The notes beneath the pieces were generated by a model that was given only the letters and a program-made list of their open reading frames with translations, was not told the DNA's origin and made no database searches. A program made the translations under genes and the position numbers. A DNA stretch of 64,000 bases from Eledone cirrhosa (Eukaryota): positions 110,112,001 to 110,176,000 of the forward strand of contig OZ024742.1 in NCBI GenBank assembly GCA_964016885.1. Direction: 5' to 3'. This document shows positions 1-12,559 of the stretch, piece after piece; positions within the stretch are counted from its first letter, which is position 1, and the number at the start of each line of letters is the position of its first letter.

Positions 1-714
1 ACTTTCAGCCCGAGGACTGGTAGAGATACGTGTGTCATTGCCGGTTCGAGATAAATCTACAGTCATGGAAGAGCTGTCAGATGAGCCTGTTCGATGTGCG
101 TACACGGCGACGAAACTGTTCTGCACGTATTCGTCCAATGCTCATGAGGTATGTTGAACAACTGTTGTCGCATATAAGACAGCTTCCTCTGTTGACTGAG
201 TCCATTGTGAAGATCGCCTAGCCGCGTTCTTTTAATAGGCAAGGGCGACCAGTTCACTCATATCTGATGGCTATGGCGAAAGAGGTTGTGTGGCTGAAAT
301 GACTGAAGGCAGGTAGATTCCTCTTCGATCAAGCACTCACTGACTTTTTCAAGTTTCACTAGGAAAAGTAGGTGAGGTTGGAGAGAGAGATGCTCTCGTC
401 CAGTAAATATACCAATAAGAGGGTGAAAGTAACAAAAATACCAATAGTGAATGAGTTTTCTTTCAGGTTGTGCCTGTATGTAGTACAATAACAGTTGAAT
501 GGTGGTTCCTCAATTAGCCTCAGACATTCAGCTCTCTGTACTAGGAGCGCTGAATGTTATACTATCTATATTATACCATCTATACCCAATTTTATTACTA
601 TGTATACTTGTTACTCATTTTATTCTCATTTCTATGTAAACCCCTACGTTCATGTTGTAATTTGTCTTTGTAATGTCTTCTTCATCGGATGCCCTTTAGT
701 CACATAAAAGAAAT
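1..714 (+). mobile_element. Decayed 3' end (ORF2 C-terminus plus 3' UTR) of a Tx1/L1-clade LINE
   Basis: Aligns by eye with 45365-46149 (e.g. gcgacgaaactgttctgcacg vs gcgacgaaaccgtcctgcacg; ctgagtccattgtgaagatcgcc; gactttttcaagtttcac). Ends in ...ataaaagaaa before a (CAT)n/(ATT)n tract. Many stops. Confidence 0.8.
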
Positions 715-726
715 AACAACCACCAC

Positions 727-786
<60 letters not shown>

Positions 787-811
787 TACTATTATAATTA
801 TTATTATTATT
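727..811. repeat. (CAT)n/(ATT)n microsatellite
   Basis: Direct reading; explains the poly-I and poly-D ORFs. Confidence 0.95.
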
Positions 812-2469
812 GAAACCATTATTCCTTATGTTGCCATCATCATACAGTTGAAGTATGTGTTTATTTCCAATGTATGTTATTACCCTGTCCATGTAACGTA
901 TTTCCAAACAAACACAATTGAAGCTAAGCTTTTGTAATGTCATTCAAGGAGAAGAAAAGAAACAAAGAATGGCACGATGAAGCGTCCGTTTATAATACAT
1001 CCCAGTGGAAGAGGAAATAATCCTTCCAAAATAGAAAATATATTAAAGAATGATGTAAAATTATCACAATAGAACCTCTAACATAATAAAACAAACTAAA
1101 TCCCGAAAGGAATGGAATAAAAATAAAAATAAAAATAAGAAGCTGAACTTCATTGCTTATTATACTGCAGCATTCATCTCCAGAGAACTGGCATTTCTTC
1201 TATAAACATACAATCAGAAGCTTAAATAAGAGATGAACAAAGTATTAAAGATCTACAATGTATTAAAAATGGTATGAAAACCTTTAAGGCTTTTAAGAAC
1301 TAAGGAAACAGTTGCTATTCAGTGTATAACAAAAAAGAAAACAATATATGTCGGTCTGCGAATAAACAAATTAACAAACCAAAAGCCATAAAATCTTTAA
1401 AAAGTATAATTGAAGAGTTTAGAGAGAACATTTAAGTGTGTATCTGAAGTAAAGTGTGTTATGCGGATGAAATATGAATCGACTGTTTGGATAGTTAAGT
1501 CAGGCCGTTGCTAGTAAGATTTATCATTGTAGCTGAAATGAATTGATTTGAACGAAGCTTAGTTGATTTAGGACTGTGGTATTTGAACTGGACTTACCTA
1601 GATGATTTAGGCCTTGTTAAACTCCGGCAGTGTAGTTGAACGGAGTTGAGCTAATGAAGTGAATTTAGTGGAATTGCACTGAATTAAACTAGTTGATCTA
1701 AGACAATGTAATTGAATATTTTTTAGATAGGAGGGTAGTTTAACTAAAACTAATTGAACTGAGGTATTCTAGCAATCTAGTTGAAGCGAGCTGAGCTAAA
1801 TGTACCAGGCAATGTACTTAAACTGAATTGCAGTGAGTTGAATTAACTTAACTGGGGTTAAAGTAAAGTCTGAAATGTGAAGCTATGGTGGATATTCTGC
1901 ATCGGTAACAATTAATTCATACGGAAGTTTATAAGAAGATTTATGGACCCGTAACTCCTGATGGAGTTGTAAAAACGCCGTAGTGCCATACAGCGTGTCT
2001 TGGACATTTTAAAAAGCATATGCTTTCTTTCAGAGTAGTAGAGTTCTGAACTCAGAAAGTAAAGAGCGAGAACAAATAGCACAATGGCATTTTACCTGAC
2101 GCTTTATCAGTTCTCCCAATCGACCAATTTTACATATATTAATAACGTTTAACTTCTCAACGTGTAAATAAAACTATTTCTATAGATTTACGTCTAAAAT
2201 ACATCATTTCAGTGGTTCTATTCATATACGTGAGTTTATATGAAACTATCACATAATATAGTCTACTTAATTTGCCAACATAGTTTATATGAAACTGTTA
2301 ATCCCCGAAAAGAACTGAAAATAATGAAATATTTGAAAACAATGAATATTTTTTAAATTAATGAAAATATTAGAAAAACAAAAATATGTGCAAAATAAAA
2401 TACGAAAAGTTAATAATGTAACTACTTGAAAATTGATTGCTTAAACGTGACAGTGCTTAATAAATAATG

Positions 2470-3100
<631 letters not shown>

Positions 3101-4319
3101 ATAATAAATATAGGAGAATATTAAAAAAATACGTGGTTTTCATATAATTTCTAAATTGTCATCGTACAGAAATGGTTTTCTCTCTGAACTCTGTAATCTT
3201 CATTATTGTTTTCCTATTTGTCACCGATGCTGGAACTTCGCCTTAAATAATACTGCAGGTTCACAAAATAATAATATTGATAACAAAAACTTGCCAGTTT
3301 TATAGCATAGTAGTTGCTTGTATCAACGATATGTTCGTATACCCTACGATTGCGTAATTTTATATATGTGGACTGGAGCACGTCAGGTTTAAGTGGCTTG
3401 ACTAATGATAAATCCCAGTGTTGGTAAGAAAACAGGAGCCAACGATATGCTGGCTGGTTGATCGTTGTTTAATCCACTCTACCACCCGAGCTCTCCGCTT
3501 ATAACATATGGAGAAAACAAAATGACCAATCTATATAACTGACGTGCAGAAGAAGAGGGAAAACACGATTATCTGTTAGACACACAGTGACTAACAACAG
3601 AATGTTTTAAGTCTGCATGTCTGACATATATGCGTAGCTTGTGAATAAAAAATTCAAGGGGTTTCGCTGGCCGTGGTGATCCCTGCCAAACATCTTTTGT
3701 AATGTATCGTCTTATTGGCTAATTTCATCGTCTTATTGGCTAATCAACCAATGAGAGAAATTGTTGCTCAAAGGCATCCGCCACTTTGTTTGCACATTTA
3801 TTTATCGTTTCGCTTTTGAATCTTCCGCCTGTATTTCGTCGTTTATCATCAAAATATTTTTCTCGTTTTGGTAAGTTATATTGTTAATTTATATGATTGT
3901 TTAAATTTATATTAACTATTTTTTTTCAGTTCGTTATAACATGCTCATAATATTGGTTGTATCATATTTACTTGTATATTTGTCCATATTATTGTTCATT
4001 TTATGTTAGATTATTTTATTATTATTATGTTAGATTATTTTTTTATTATTATGTTAGACTATTTGTATGTAATATTTAATTTTTATTAATTCAACTATAA
4101 CAATTATTATGTAAAATATATTTATTTAATATTGATTGTTTTTTGTAGTTGTCTATATCAAAAGTCTGAAAATATTTTTATACATCTTACAATAGTATTT
4201 ATAAGATCATTTATAAAATAACAATTATATAATCTAATTACATTACAACGATAATTTATTATTAATATATATCATGTTTAACTAGAGTTATTACAAGCAT
4301 TGCCTTAAAAAAATATTAA

Positions 4320-4755
4320 ACTAGACCTGAAAAATGCGCAAGCTCAAAAGAGCCAGAGAATGTTATAATAAACCTTCAAAAGTGTGGGACTAGAGTTGCT
4401 CAAAAATATTGTTTATCATTATCTATCGTACACTCTGTGGCATCCTTTTATAAAAAAGATACTCATAACGAACTCAAGACTACACGATCATTATTTATGT
4501 GAATTTATAATGTAGAATTCGGTTTAAGTGCATTTCGTATTACTAAACATCTAATATGAGATATTGAACATTAGCTTAAATAATTATCGTGTCGTCTTGA
4601 GTTCGTTATGAGTGTCTTTTTTATAAAAGGATTCCACAGAGTGTACGATAGATAATGATTACAATATTTTTGAGCAACAATTCTAGTCCCACATTTTTGA
4701 AGGTTTATTATAACATTCTCTGGCTCTTTTGAGGTTGCGCATTTTTCAGGTCTAG
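4320..4755. repeat. Imperfect inverted repeat, ~180-bp arms, ~80-bp spacer
   Basis: actagacctgaaaaatgcgcaa...cataacgaactcaagac (4320-~4497) is mirrored by gtcttgagttcgttatg...gcgcatttttcaggtctagt (~4577-4755), with scattered mismatches. Confidence 0.9.
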
Positions 4756-5332
4756 TAAGAAAATATGCTTCAATTAAAAAAATATTACATACCAATATTT
4801 AGTTAGTAGATCTAACAAACAATTTAATACCACCCTACTTACAATCTAACGTGATGTGGATGATTATATATATATATATATATATATGCTCTCACCTTCT
4901 TTCGCCCCCTCTGTCAGTTACACTTTCTCTCGACTGACCTCTTCCTCGCACTTCCACCCATTCACTCTCTGTTTCTCCCCTTCTCACTTCTTCCCGTAGT
5001 GGGTTCTCTTCTTGCTCACATCTCACTCACGTCAGACGGTCTGTATCCCGATCGCTCATGAAATCCACCCAGCTTATGCTGACCGGATAACCATGTTGCT
5101 TGTTTATTCCCATCTTTGCGTTGCTTTCATCCTTCTATGTTGTTTACTTGTCTCACTCGCTTTACGCGATTTACTTGTCCCAATAGCATTATTTAGCTAT
5201 TGCTCGCACCAACCTGAGGTATATGATTTTTAATGCGATGTAATAACAATGATGGTTGGCAAATCACTGACGAAGGACTATTTTTATCATATGTAAACCA
5301 TGTGCAACCACGCAGTATTCTTCTTTCTTCTC

Positions 5333-5421
<89 letters not shown>

Positions 5422-5637
5422 CGTTTCTGAATTTGTTTAGCAAGATTCTTTATCTGAAAACGTGTGTTGAAACCGATATTGTTATACTTTGGGAGGGTCA
5501 TGTTGCCAATAAGAAGCACACGCACCAGTTGCTTTCACTTCAATTTATTATAATAAATTTATAAATTTAGGAATTTATAAATCTATAAATTTCTGGTTGG
5601 TTGGTTGGTTCCACAACCAGATAGTTGTTTATATATT

Positions 5638-5680
5638 GTCAAAGTTCTTTCGTCACACATTCTGTGACCTCTTCAGTGAC
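5638..5680 (-). ncRNA. Minimal type I hammerhead ribozyme in PLE pLTR
   Basis: Minus strand: GUCA CUGAAGA g GUCACA gaaug UGUGAC GAAA G aa C UU UGAC. Stem I 4 bp, stem II 6 bp, extra nucleotide after A9, 2-bp stem III. Confidence 0.78.
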
Positions 5681-5881
5681 TGGGGATTCTTTTCTTTGTT
5701 TTTGTGCCTCTCCTTTGTTCTGTTCTACGCCATCTTGTTTTTGTGTGTGTTGTGTGCTCAGTTTGCGCATGTGCCATATCCGGGTATCTGTGTGTGTTTA
5801 TATTTGTTTATTTATTTGTTTATTTACATGTTACTGGTTGGTTGTTTGTTCTATGTGTGTGTGTGTGTTTTCATTTCGTCC

Positions 5882-6544
5882 TTAATGGTAAGTTGTGATG
5901 TTGCTGTTCCATTCATGTTTTCTATTTAATTTTGGTTGGAGTTCATTTATGTTTATTGCCTCTGTGATTTGTCTAAACATTGCGTCTTTTCTGTGTGTAG
6001 ATTCTATTTTTATTTCTATGTTCTCTAATTTACCCTTATGTTCTATTTTAGCATGTTGGTGGAGTACAGATGATTCTTTACTATCTTGAAGCTCTCGCCA
6101 GTGTTCATTTATCCGTTCCCCTATACTACAAGCTGTCTCACCTATGTACACTATATTTTTATCTCTACATTGTCCTTCAGTACATCTTATACTATATACT
6201 ACATTTCTAGTTTTACAGTTAATATAGGAGCTTAATTTACAGATTATACATTTCTTATCTATACAGGGAGGTCTTTGAAAAGGGTATGTATTGCTAATAA
6301 GTGTTTTTATGGAGGTACCTGGTCTTTCTACTATCTTAATATTGAGTTTATGTTTATCTAGGGCCCTTCTAAATTTGTAAGCTAATTCACCTCTAGGGGT
6401 TGTATCGATGAACATTACACTCTGGTATTTATTGCTATCATACCATGAGTTTATTCTATTAACCTTATTCCTAGTTATTTCTATTCTATTCCAAAATTTG
6501 CTCCCATACAAGGGGCAGGTCCCATTTGTATCATTATTTACCAT
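5882..6544 (-). pseudogene. GIY-YIG endonuclease domain of PLE
   Basis: VVY/YIG triplets, downstream R..EH motif and the conserved E and N; upstream RT broken by frameshifts. Confidence 0.85.
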
Positions 6545-7041
6545 TTTTTTCCCATTTGGCTCTGGCTCCTCTATATACTCTGATTTTATCTCTCTGATTG
6601 TAACCAGAGAACGGCATACGGTGGATGAATTGTTGTATGTGTCACTCTAGTTCTTTGGGGTTGCACATACGGGACACGTTTCTCATCACCCGTACCAAAT
6701 CCGCAATCAGTATGTTGATTTTGGTATGGTCCGAAACAGCTGAGTTTCGGTGGATCAGATATTTGGAAGTCATGGGTTTGGCATAATGGGAATTAGAGAA
6801 AAACACCATGGAAAGCATCCAGCAAATAGCTAACTCCATCCACCAGAGTATTAGAGTTACTATAGACTACCCAAGCAAACACCCCAACCATCGATTACCT
6901 GTACTAGACACAGAGCTCTGGTTAGATACCATTAATAACAAAAAACAAATCTTCCATTCGCATTATGCCAAACCCATGACTTCCAAATTTAGTACAGCAT
7001 CAACGAAGCCATGGTTGCAGCCAAGCTAACGAATGCAGTTT

Positions 7042-7089
<48 letters not shown>

Positions 7090-7092
<3 letters not shown>

Positions 7093-7321
7093 GAAGGAAA
7101 TGTCGCAAGGAACCAGGTGGACCATAACGCACCAAAGTACTCAATACTTGGGGTAGTAGAGTGGGTAATAGGAACGAGTAGGACCCCGACGGCTGAGCTC
7201 AAGCCGTTTCGACGGCTAATTCTGGACTAAATGAAAATTTTTATCTGGATAAAAATGTTCATTTAGTCCAGAATTAGCCGTCGAACGGCTTGAGCTCAGC
7301 CGTCGGGGTCCTACTCGTTCC

Positions 7322-7324
<3 letters not shown>
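7090..7324 (+). mobile_element. (TA)n-flanked fold-back element, copy 1 (palindrome 7168-7324)
   Basis: ~80-bp unique leader (cgaaggaaatgt...gtagagtgggta) followed by a near-perfect 157-bp palindrome. Same family at 37385, 37623, 48227 and 53875. Confidence 0.85.
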
Positions 7325-7356
<32 letters not shown>

Positions 7357-7371
7357 ATATATATGTATGTA

Positions 7372-7402
<31 letters not shown>

Positions 7403-7416
7403 ATGTATATACATAC

Positions 7417-10282
7417 ACCGCCTTAGCCGGTCCCAAGCCCAGTTGAGAAAGGAGGAGGGTTGGGCGTGGGGTTAGCAGCCCTACCCCCGTAAAAACTTTT
7501 CACCGCTACAGAAACGACGAGAAAAAACCATTTTGATACCCAACGGCGGAAAAGAGAAGATACGTCATCCCTGGATGCACATATGATGGGGCCGGGTCAA
7601 AGCCGAAAGGAGGGCCTCCCAATAATTTCGAATAAGTCCTATCTTCAACGCCAAATAAAACACAAGAGTAGGCACCTGGAATGTCCGCACGCTCTTTCAG
7701 GACGGGTGGATGGAGCAGGTGATGAAGGAGATGAAGGATATCGCCTTGACATCATGGGCATCAGCGAGACGAGGTGGACAGGACGGGGACGACTCGACAC
7801 GGAGACACGACTATTCTCTACTCCGGTGATGATGACCACCATGTCCACGGAGTTGGTATCATCCTCACCGGAGATGTATCACGGGCTCTTGTGTGATGGA
7901 GGCCAGTGAGTGAACGAATTATTACTGCCAGATTGAGCACAAGGTTAGCCAAGGTGACCGTAGTGCAAGTCTACACCCCGACTGAAGCTGGCTCAGATGA
8001 AGATAAGGATACCGTCTGTATCCAACTACAGGATGTCCTAGAGGAAACACCCAGGTCAGACATTAGGCTGGTGATTGGTGACTTCAATGCCAAGCTAGAT
8101 GGAGACAGGAGAGAAATGCATTCAGCGATTGGCCCCCACGGTTCAGCTGATTCCACCAATAACAACGGGGAACGGTTGCTATCCCTGAGCAGTATCAACA
8201 ACCTCTCCATCGGGAATACATTCTTCACCCATAGGTGGATTCACAAGATGACATGAACTTCCCCTGATGGCAACACCAGGAATGAGATTGATTATATCTG
8301 CATTGGCACGGGGTGGCGTTCCTCTCTCTTGGATGTTCGCACCTACCGAGGGGCAGACGTCGGATCTGACCATCATTTTGTGGTTGGAAAAATCCGCTTG
8401 AGGTTGAAGAAGAACAAAGCAAATAAGACCGTGAGGCCATATGCTGTCGCAAGCCTGCAAGACCAAGGCAGGTCAGAGGGATTCTCTCTGGAGATCAGGA
8501 ATAAGTTCCAAGAACTACAGCACGCACAGAACCGTGAAGACCAGTGGCAGATGTTTGCTCAGGCGGTCAGGGCGAATGCTGATGTAGTTATTGGTAGAAG
8601 AAGGGGGACCAACCGGGAACAGTGGATCAGCAGTACTTCATGGAATTTCATTGACGAGAGGAAGGATGTTAAGAACAAAAGAGATCAAACCAAAACTTGA
8701 CAGCAATGGAAGGAAGTGGACAAAGAGTACAGACGTCTTAACAAGGAAGTAAAGAAGAGCTGTCGAAAAGACAAGCGCCAGTGGTTAGAAGATCGGGCTG
8801 CAGAGGCACAGGTGGCAGCAGATCGAAATAATTCCAAGACGCTGTACCGGATCGTCAGAGAGCTAACTGGAGGACGAAGTGGAAGCAGTTTGCCAATCAA
8901 GAGCAAAGAAGGTCGGATGCTTGCAGCCAGTGAAGAGCAGTCCCAGAGGTGGAACGAACACTTTCGTGAGGTCCTCAATAAGCCATCCCCAACACAGTCT
9001 TCGAGCTTGACTGGGAGGAAGCGAGCTACCGGCTGGATGTACGACTAGACGACATCACAAGAGCTGAGGTGGCGAAGGCCATTCGGTGCCAAAAGAATAA
9101 CAAAGCGGCAGGGCTGGATGAGATTCCTGCAGAGCTTCTGAAGCACGGCAAGGATGTAATAGAGGAGCAGCTCACCCATTTATGCAATGTGATTTGGCAA
9201 GAAGAGGAGGTGCCGGAGGACTGGGGAAATGGAGTGATTGTACCACTACTGAAGAAGGGCTGTCTCAGCGACTGCAACAACTGGAGAGGGATCAGGTTGC
9301 TATCAGTGCCAGGGAAGGTATTCTGCACAGTCATCCTGAACCGGCACAGAGCAGAAATAGATCGTCATCTTCGAGACGAACAGGCTGGCTTCCGCAGTGG
9401 AAGGTCTTGTTCAGAACAGATCTTCACTCTCCGAAATATCATTGAACAATGTCGGGAGTTCCACAAGTCCCTTGTCAACTACATTGACTTCAGCAAAGCT
9501 TTCGACAGTGTTCATCGGGAGTCATTGTGGAAGATTGTAAGACTCTACGGTGTCCCAGAGAAATATATTAACATCTTCAGGTCGCTGTACCGACATTCCA
9601 GGTGCTGCGTTAGGACAAAGGACGGAAACACGGAAATGTTTGACATCTTGACGGGTCTTCGACAAGGCTGCATCCTTTCGCCTTTCCTTTTCCTCATTGT
9701 CATCGATGGGGATGCTGAGGTGGACGTGCGCACAAGGCTGGGAAAAGCAGCGGCGGTCTTCCAGCGACCCCGTCCGGTATGGTCCAGGTGTTCCATCGGC
9801 AACGCCGTCAAATTCCGTGTTTACATGTCCATTGTAGTACCAACAGCGATATATGCCTGTGAGACATGGAAGAGTACGGAAAATGTATGTAACAAGCTTG
9901 ATGTATTCCACCGTCGTTGCATTCGGGCCATATTGAAAATTTCGTGGAGAGACCAAGTTATCAACGAGGAAGTGATGAGGAGGTCAGGATTGGAGAGGTT
10001 AAGGGCCATTGTCCGGAAAAGGAGACGGCGGTTGGCGGGCCACATCCGTCATTTGCTGGCAGATCGACCTGCTCATAATGCCATGGATTGGGTACCAGAA
10101 GGTGGCAGGAGAGAACGGGGAAGACCACGAAAAACATGGCGGAGCACATTCAAGGAGGACCTGCAGGAGATGGGAATTACCTGGAGAGGTGCTAGAAGGG
10201 CCGCCAGTGACAGGATCAAGTGGAGGAAGCTCGTCGCCCAATTTTCCACAAGGGACTGGAGGAACTAAGACTAAGACTAAGA
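7417..10282 (+). mobile_element. RTE-clade LINE, near full length, inactive
   Basis: APE motifs (LDIMGISETRW, VQVYTPTE, IGDFNAK, GSDHH) and RT N-half (AAGLDEIPAE, NWRGIRLL, QAGFRSGRS, IDFSKAFDSV, LRQGCILSP). RT core including YADD deleted at ~9705. Stops and frameshifts; (CTAAGA)n tail. Confidence 0.93.
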
Positions 10283-10289
10283 ATGATAA

Positions 10290-10481
10290 TAATATTTGTT
10301 TCTACATTTGGCACAAGGCCAGCAAATACCCAGTACATTACTGGTACTTTATTTTATCGACCCTGTAAGGATGAAAGGCAAAGTTATCCTCGGAGGGATT
10401 TGAATTCAGTCCGTAAAGGGACGTAGCTCTATGCTGGAAAGCATGGCGTCCAACCCTCTACCGATACTGCCAATCCACCGC
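10290..10481 (-). mobile_element. tRNA-derived Nin-domain-type SINE
   Basis: Reverse complement of the 28801-28990 family. Confidence 0.88.
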
Positions 10482-10533
<52 letters not shown>

Positions 10534-10972
10534 CGTTTCTTTATTGGCCACAAGGGCTGACATCAAGAAAAACATTACAGACGGCACAGGACGGTACAGG
10601 ACGGTACGATGTGGGTTTTGTGCGTGTAAATATTTTTATTATTTATATAAAAAAGGAAAAAAAAAAGACACAGAAACATATATATATATATATAAACAAT
10701 AAAAATGAAAATTAAAACAATGAAAAATCCCCCAATAGGGGGGAAACCTCCGAGGGTTACTCGTGGCGAAAACCACCCAAAAGACCACGGCCACCCTGAC
10801 CACCAGGGTAAGCGCCCTCTCTCAATTTTTCCATCTCTCAAACTACAGACGTATATTCAGAGTGGTCCCGTTCGCTCGGACCATTCTCGCTACATTCACC
10901 CACCTTTCAACAAACTTGCTAGAAGGCAGCACTTGCCTCTCCACCCTGATTTTTTTCTTCAAGTGAAACTTG
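10534..10972 (-). mobile_element. 5'-truncated Tx1 3' end (ATT-associated subfamily)
   Basis: [25 protein letters not shown]...NGTTL matches the C-terminus of ORF 44859-45902. Ends cccttgtggccaataaagaaacg followed by (ATT)n at 10482-10533. Confidence 0.9.
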
Positions 10973-11088
10973 AAGGACCTGTGGGAGATGGGAATTACCT
11001 GGAGAGGTACTAGAAGGGCCGCCAGTGACAGGATCAAGTGGAGGAAGCTCGTCGCCCAATGTTCCACAAGGGACTGGAGGAACTAAGA

Positions 11089-11092
<4 letters not shown>
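10973..11092 (+). mobile_element. Short 3' fragment of the 7417-10282 RTE family
   Basis: Near-identical to ~10155-10272 (ggagatgggaattacctggagagg...ggaactaagacta). Confidence 0.9.
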
Positions 11093-11186
<94 letters not shown>

Positions 11187-11187
11187 C

Positions 11188-11272
<85 letters not shown>

Positions 11273-11553
11273 CGTATATATATATATGTGTGTGTGTGTG
11301 ATTTAAAAATTAGTTTGTATATTTACTAAGATAATATTATTCACAAACACGTGGGAGAAATATAGAAAACAGAAAACTCGGAAGAAACAAACACATGGAC
11401 AATTCCTGCTCATCGGGTGTCTTCTGGGAATCATTACAGTTTCGGGTGCTTCCTCAGAAGAGATCCGATGAGCAGGAATTGCTCTTGTATTTGTGTCTTC
11501 TGAGTTTTTGTTTTCTATATTTCTTCCATGTGTTTTTTAAAAATATTATATAT

Positions 11554-11588
<35 letters not shown>

Positions 11589-11595
11589 TACAGAT

Positions 11596-11628
<33 letters not shown>

Positions 11629-11649
11629 CACAGATTGACAGACACACAT

Positions 11650-11722
<73 letters not shown>

Positions 11723-11849
11723 GAGTGTATGTGTACCAATATGAGGACTCGACACATAGGCAGAGTGTATATATTTTAAAAAAATGATGAAGTTTTGTTT
11801 ACATGTATTTATGTTTTTATTGTGCATCGACCTATTACGCCACTCACAT

Positions 11850-12200
11850 TTGGCCTCGTCCACTAGATCCTACTCCTTACCTCTAACAGTTGTAACGTTC
11901 CAGTTGACAATTGTTAATGTTTGCTCTCATCTGGAGCCTGTTTGGGGTCTCTGGATACGTGTCCTTTGTACCCCCCCCCCCCAGGACATGTCACAGGCCC
12001 ATCGCCAGGTTTTATGGCGTTAGGTGGAGACTGCAATATATTTTTCGAACAAGTCACTTTACCTAAATTCATGACGCGTCTCATGCAAGCCAGCTTAGCA
12101 GAGATGCTGGAAAATGGGTTTTGCAGGTTGCGGATATACATATGATCCCAGATATGATGGTTAGTTGCGATATAAGTGGGCTCCTGCCAGATAAATAAAC
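11850..12200 (-). mobile_element. 5' UTR/APE-start fragment of a second RTE-like LINE
   Basis: Shares ccaggacatgtc...ggtggagactgcaatatatttttcgaaca with 24060-24135. Confidence 0.7.
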
Positions 12201-12228
12201 TATCCTGAACCAAATAGACATAAGCTAC

Positions 12229-12372
<144 letters not shown>

Positions 12373-12559
12373 GAGTGACACTGTCAGCTTCGAAAAAAAC
12401 TATACGGTATGGTTGCTTTTATATATATACATATATATATATGACAGAGGCTTAACTGCGATGAATTGTTGCCACAGCAAAAGGAAATATTGTTTGGATA
12501 CGAATGATGTTAAACAAATAACACCTTTATTTTATATAAAGCAGGAACGATGGCCATGT

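Larger units (their letters stand above)
5420..7030 (-). mobile_element. Penelope-like retroelement (C-terminal GIY-YIG, Cys-rich linker), 5'-truncated with inversion, with 3' pseudo-LTR
   Basis: ORF 5882-6544(-) has PCIDKKCIIC...NCKTRNVVYSIRC...YIGETACSIGERINEH...RQITEA (GIY-YIG). RT thumb pieces at 6642-6800(-) and inverted at 6808-6990(+) (LPVLDTEL, HYAKP). The downstream pLTR re-enters the ORF start MTLPKYNNIGFNTRF. Confidence 0.88.

Noticed and set aside
1520-1870. Degenerate short repeats (agttga/gaact)
   Set aside because: No consistent period or unit definable by eye; probably an old low-complexity satellite.
5265-5300. cactgacgaaggac as a hammerhead start
   Set aside because: No matching stem II, GAAA or stem III downstream.
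7417-7500. HDV-like ribozyme in the RTE 5' end
   Set aside because: Only hairpins are visible; I cannot assign P1, P2 or P3, and the 5' end appears truncated at the microsatellite.
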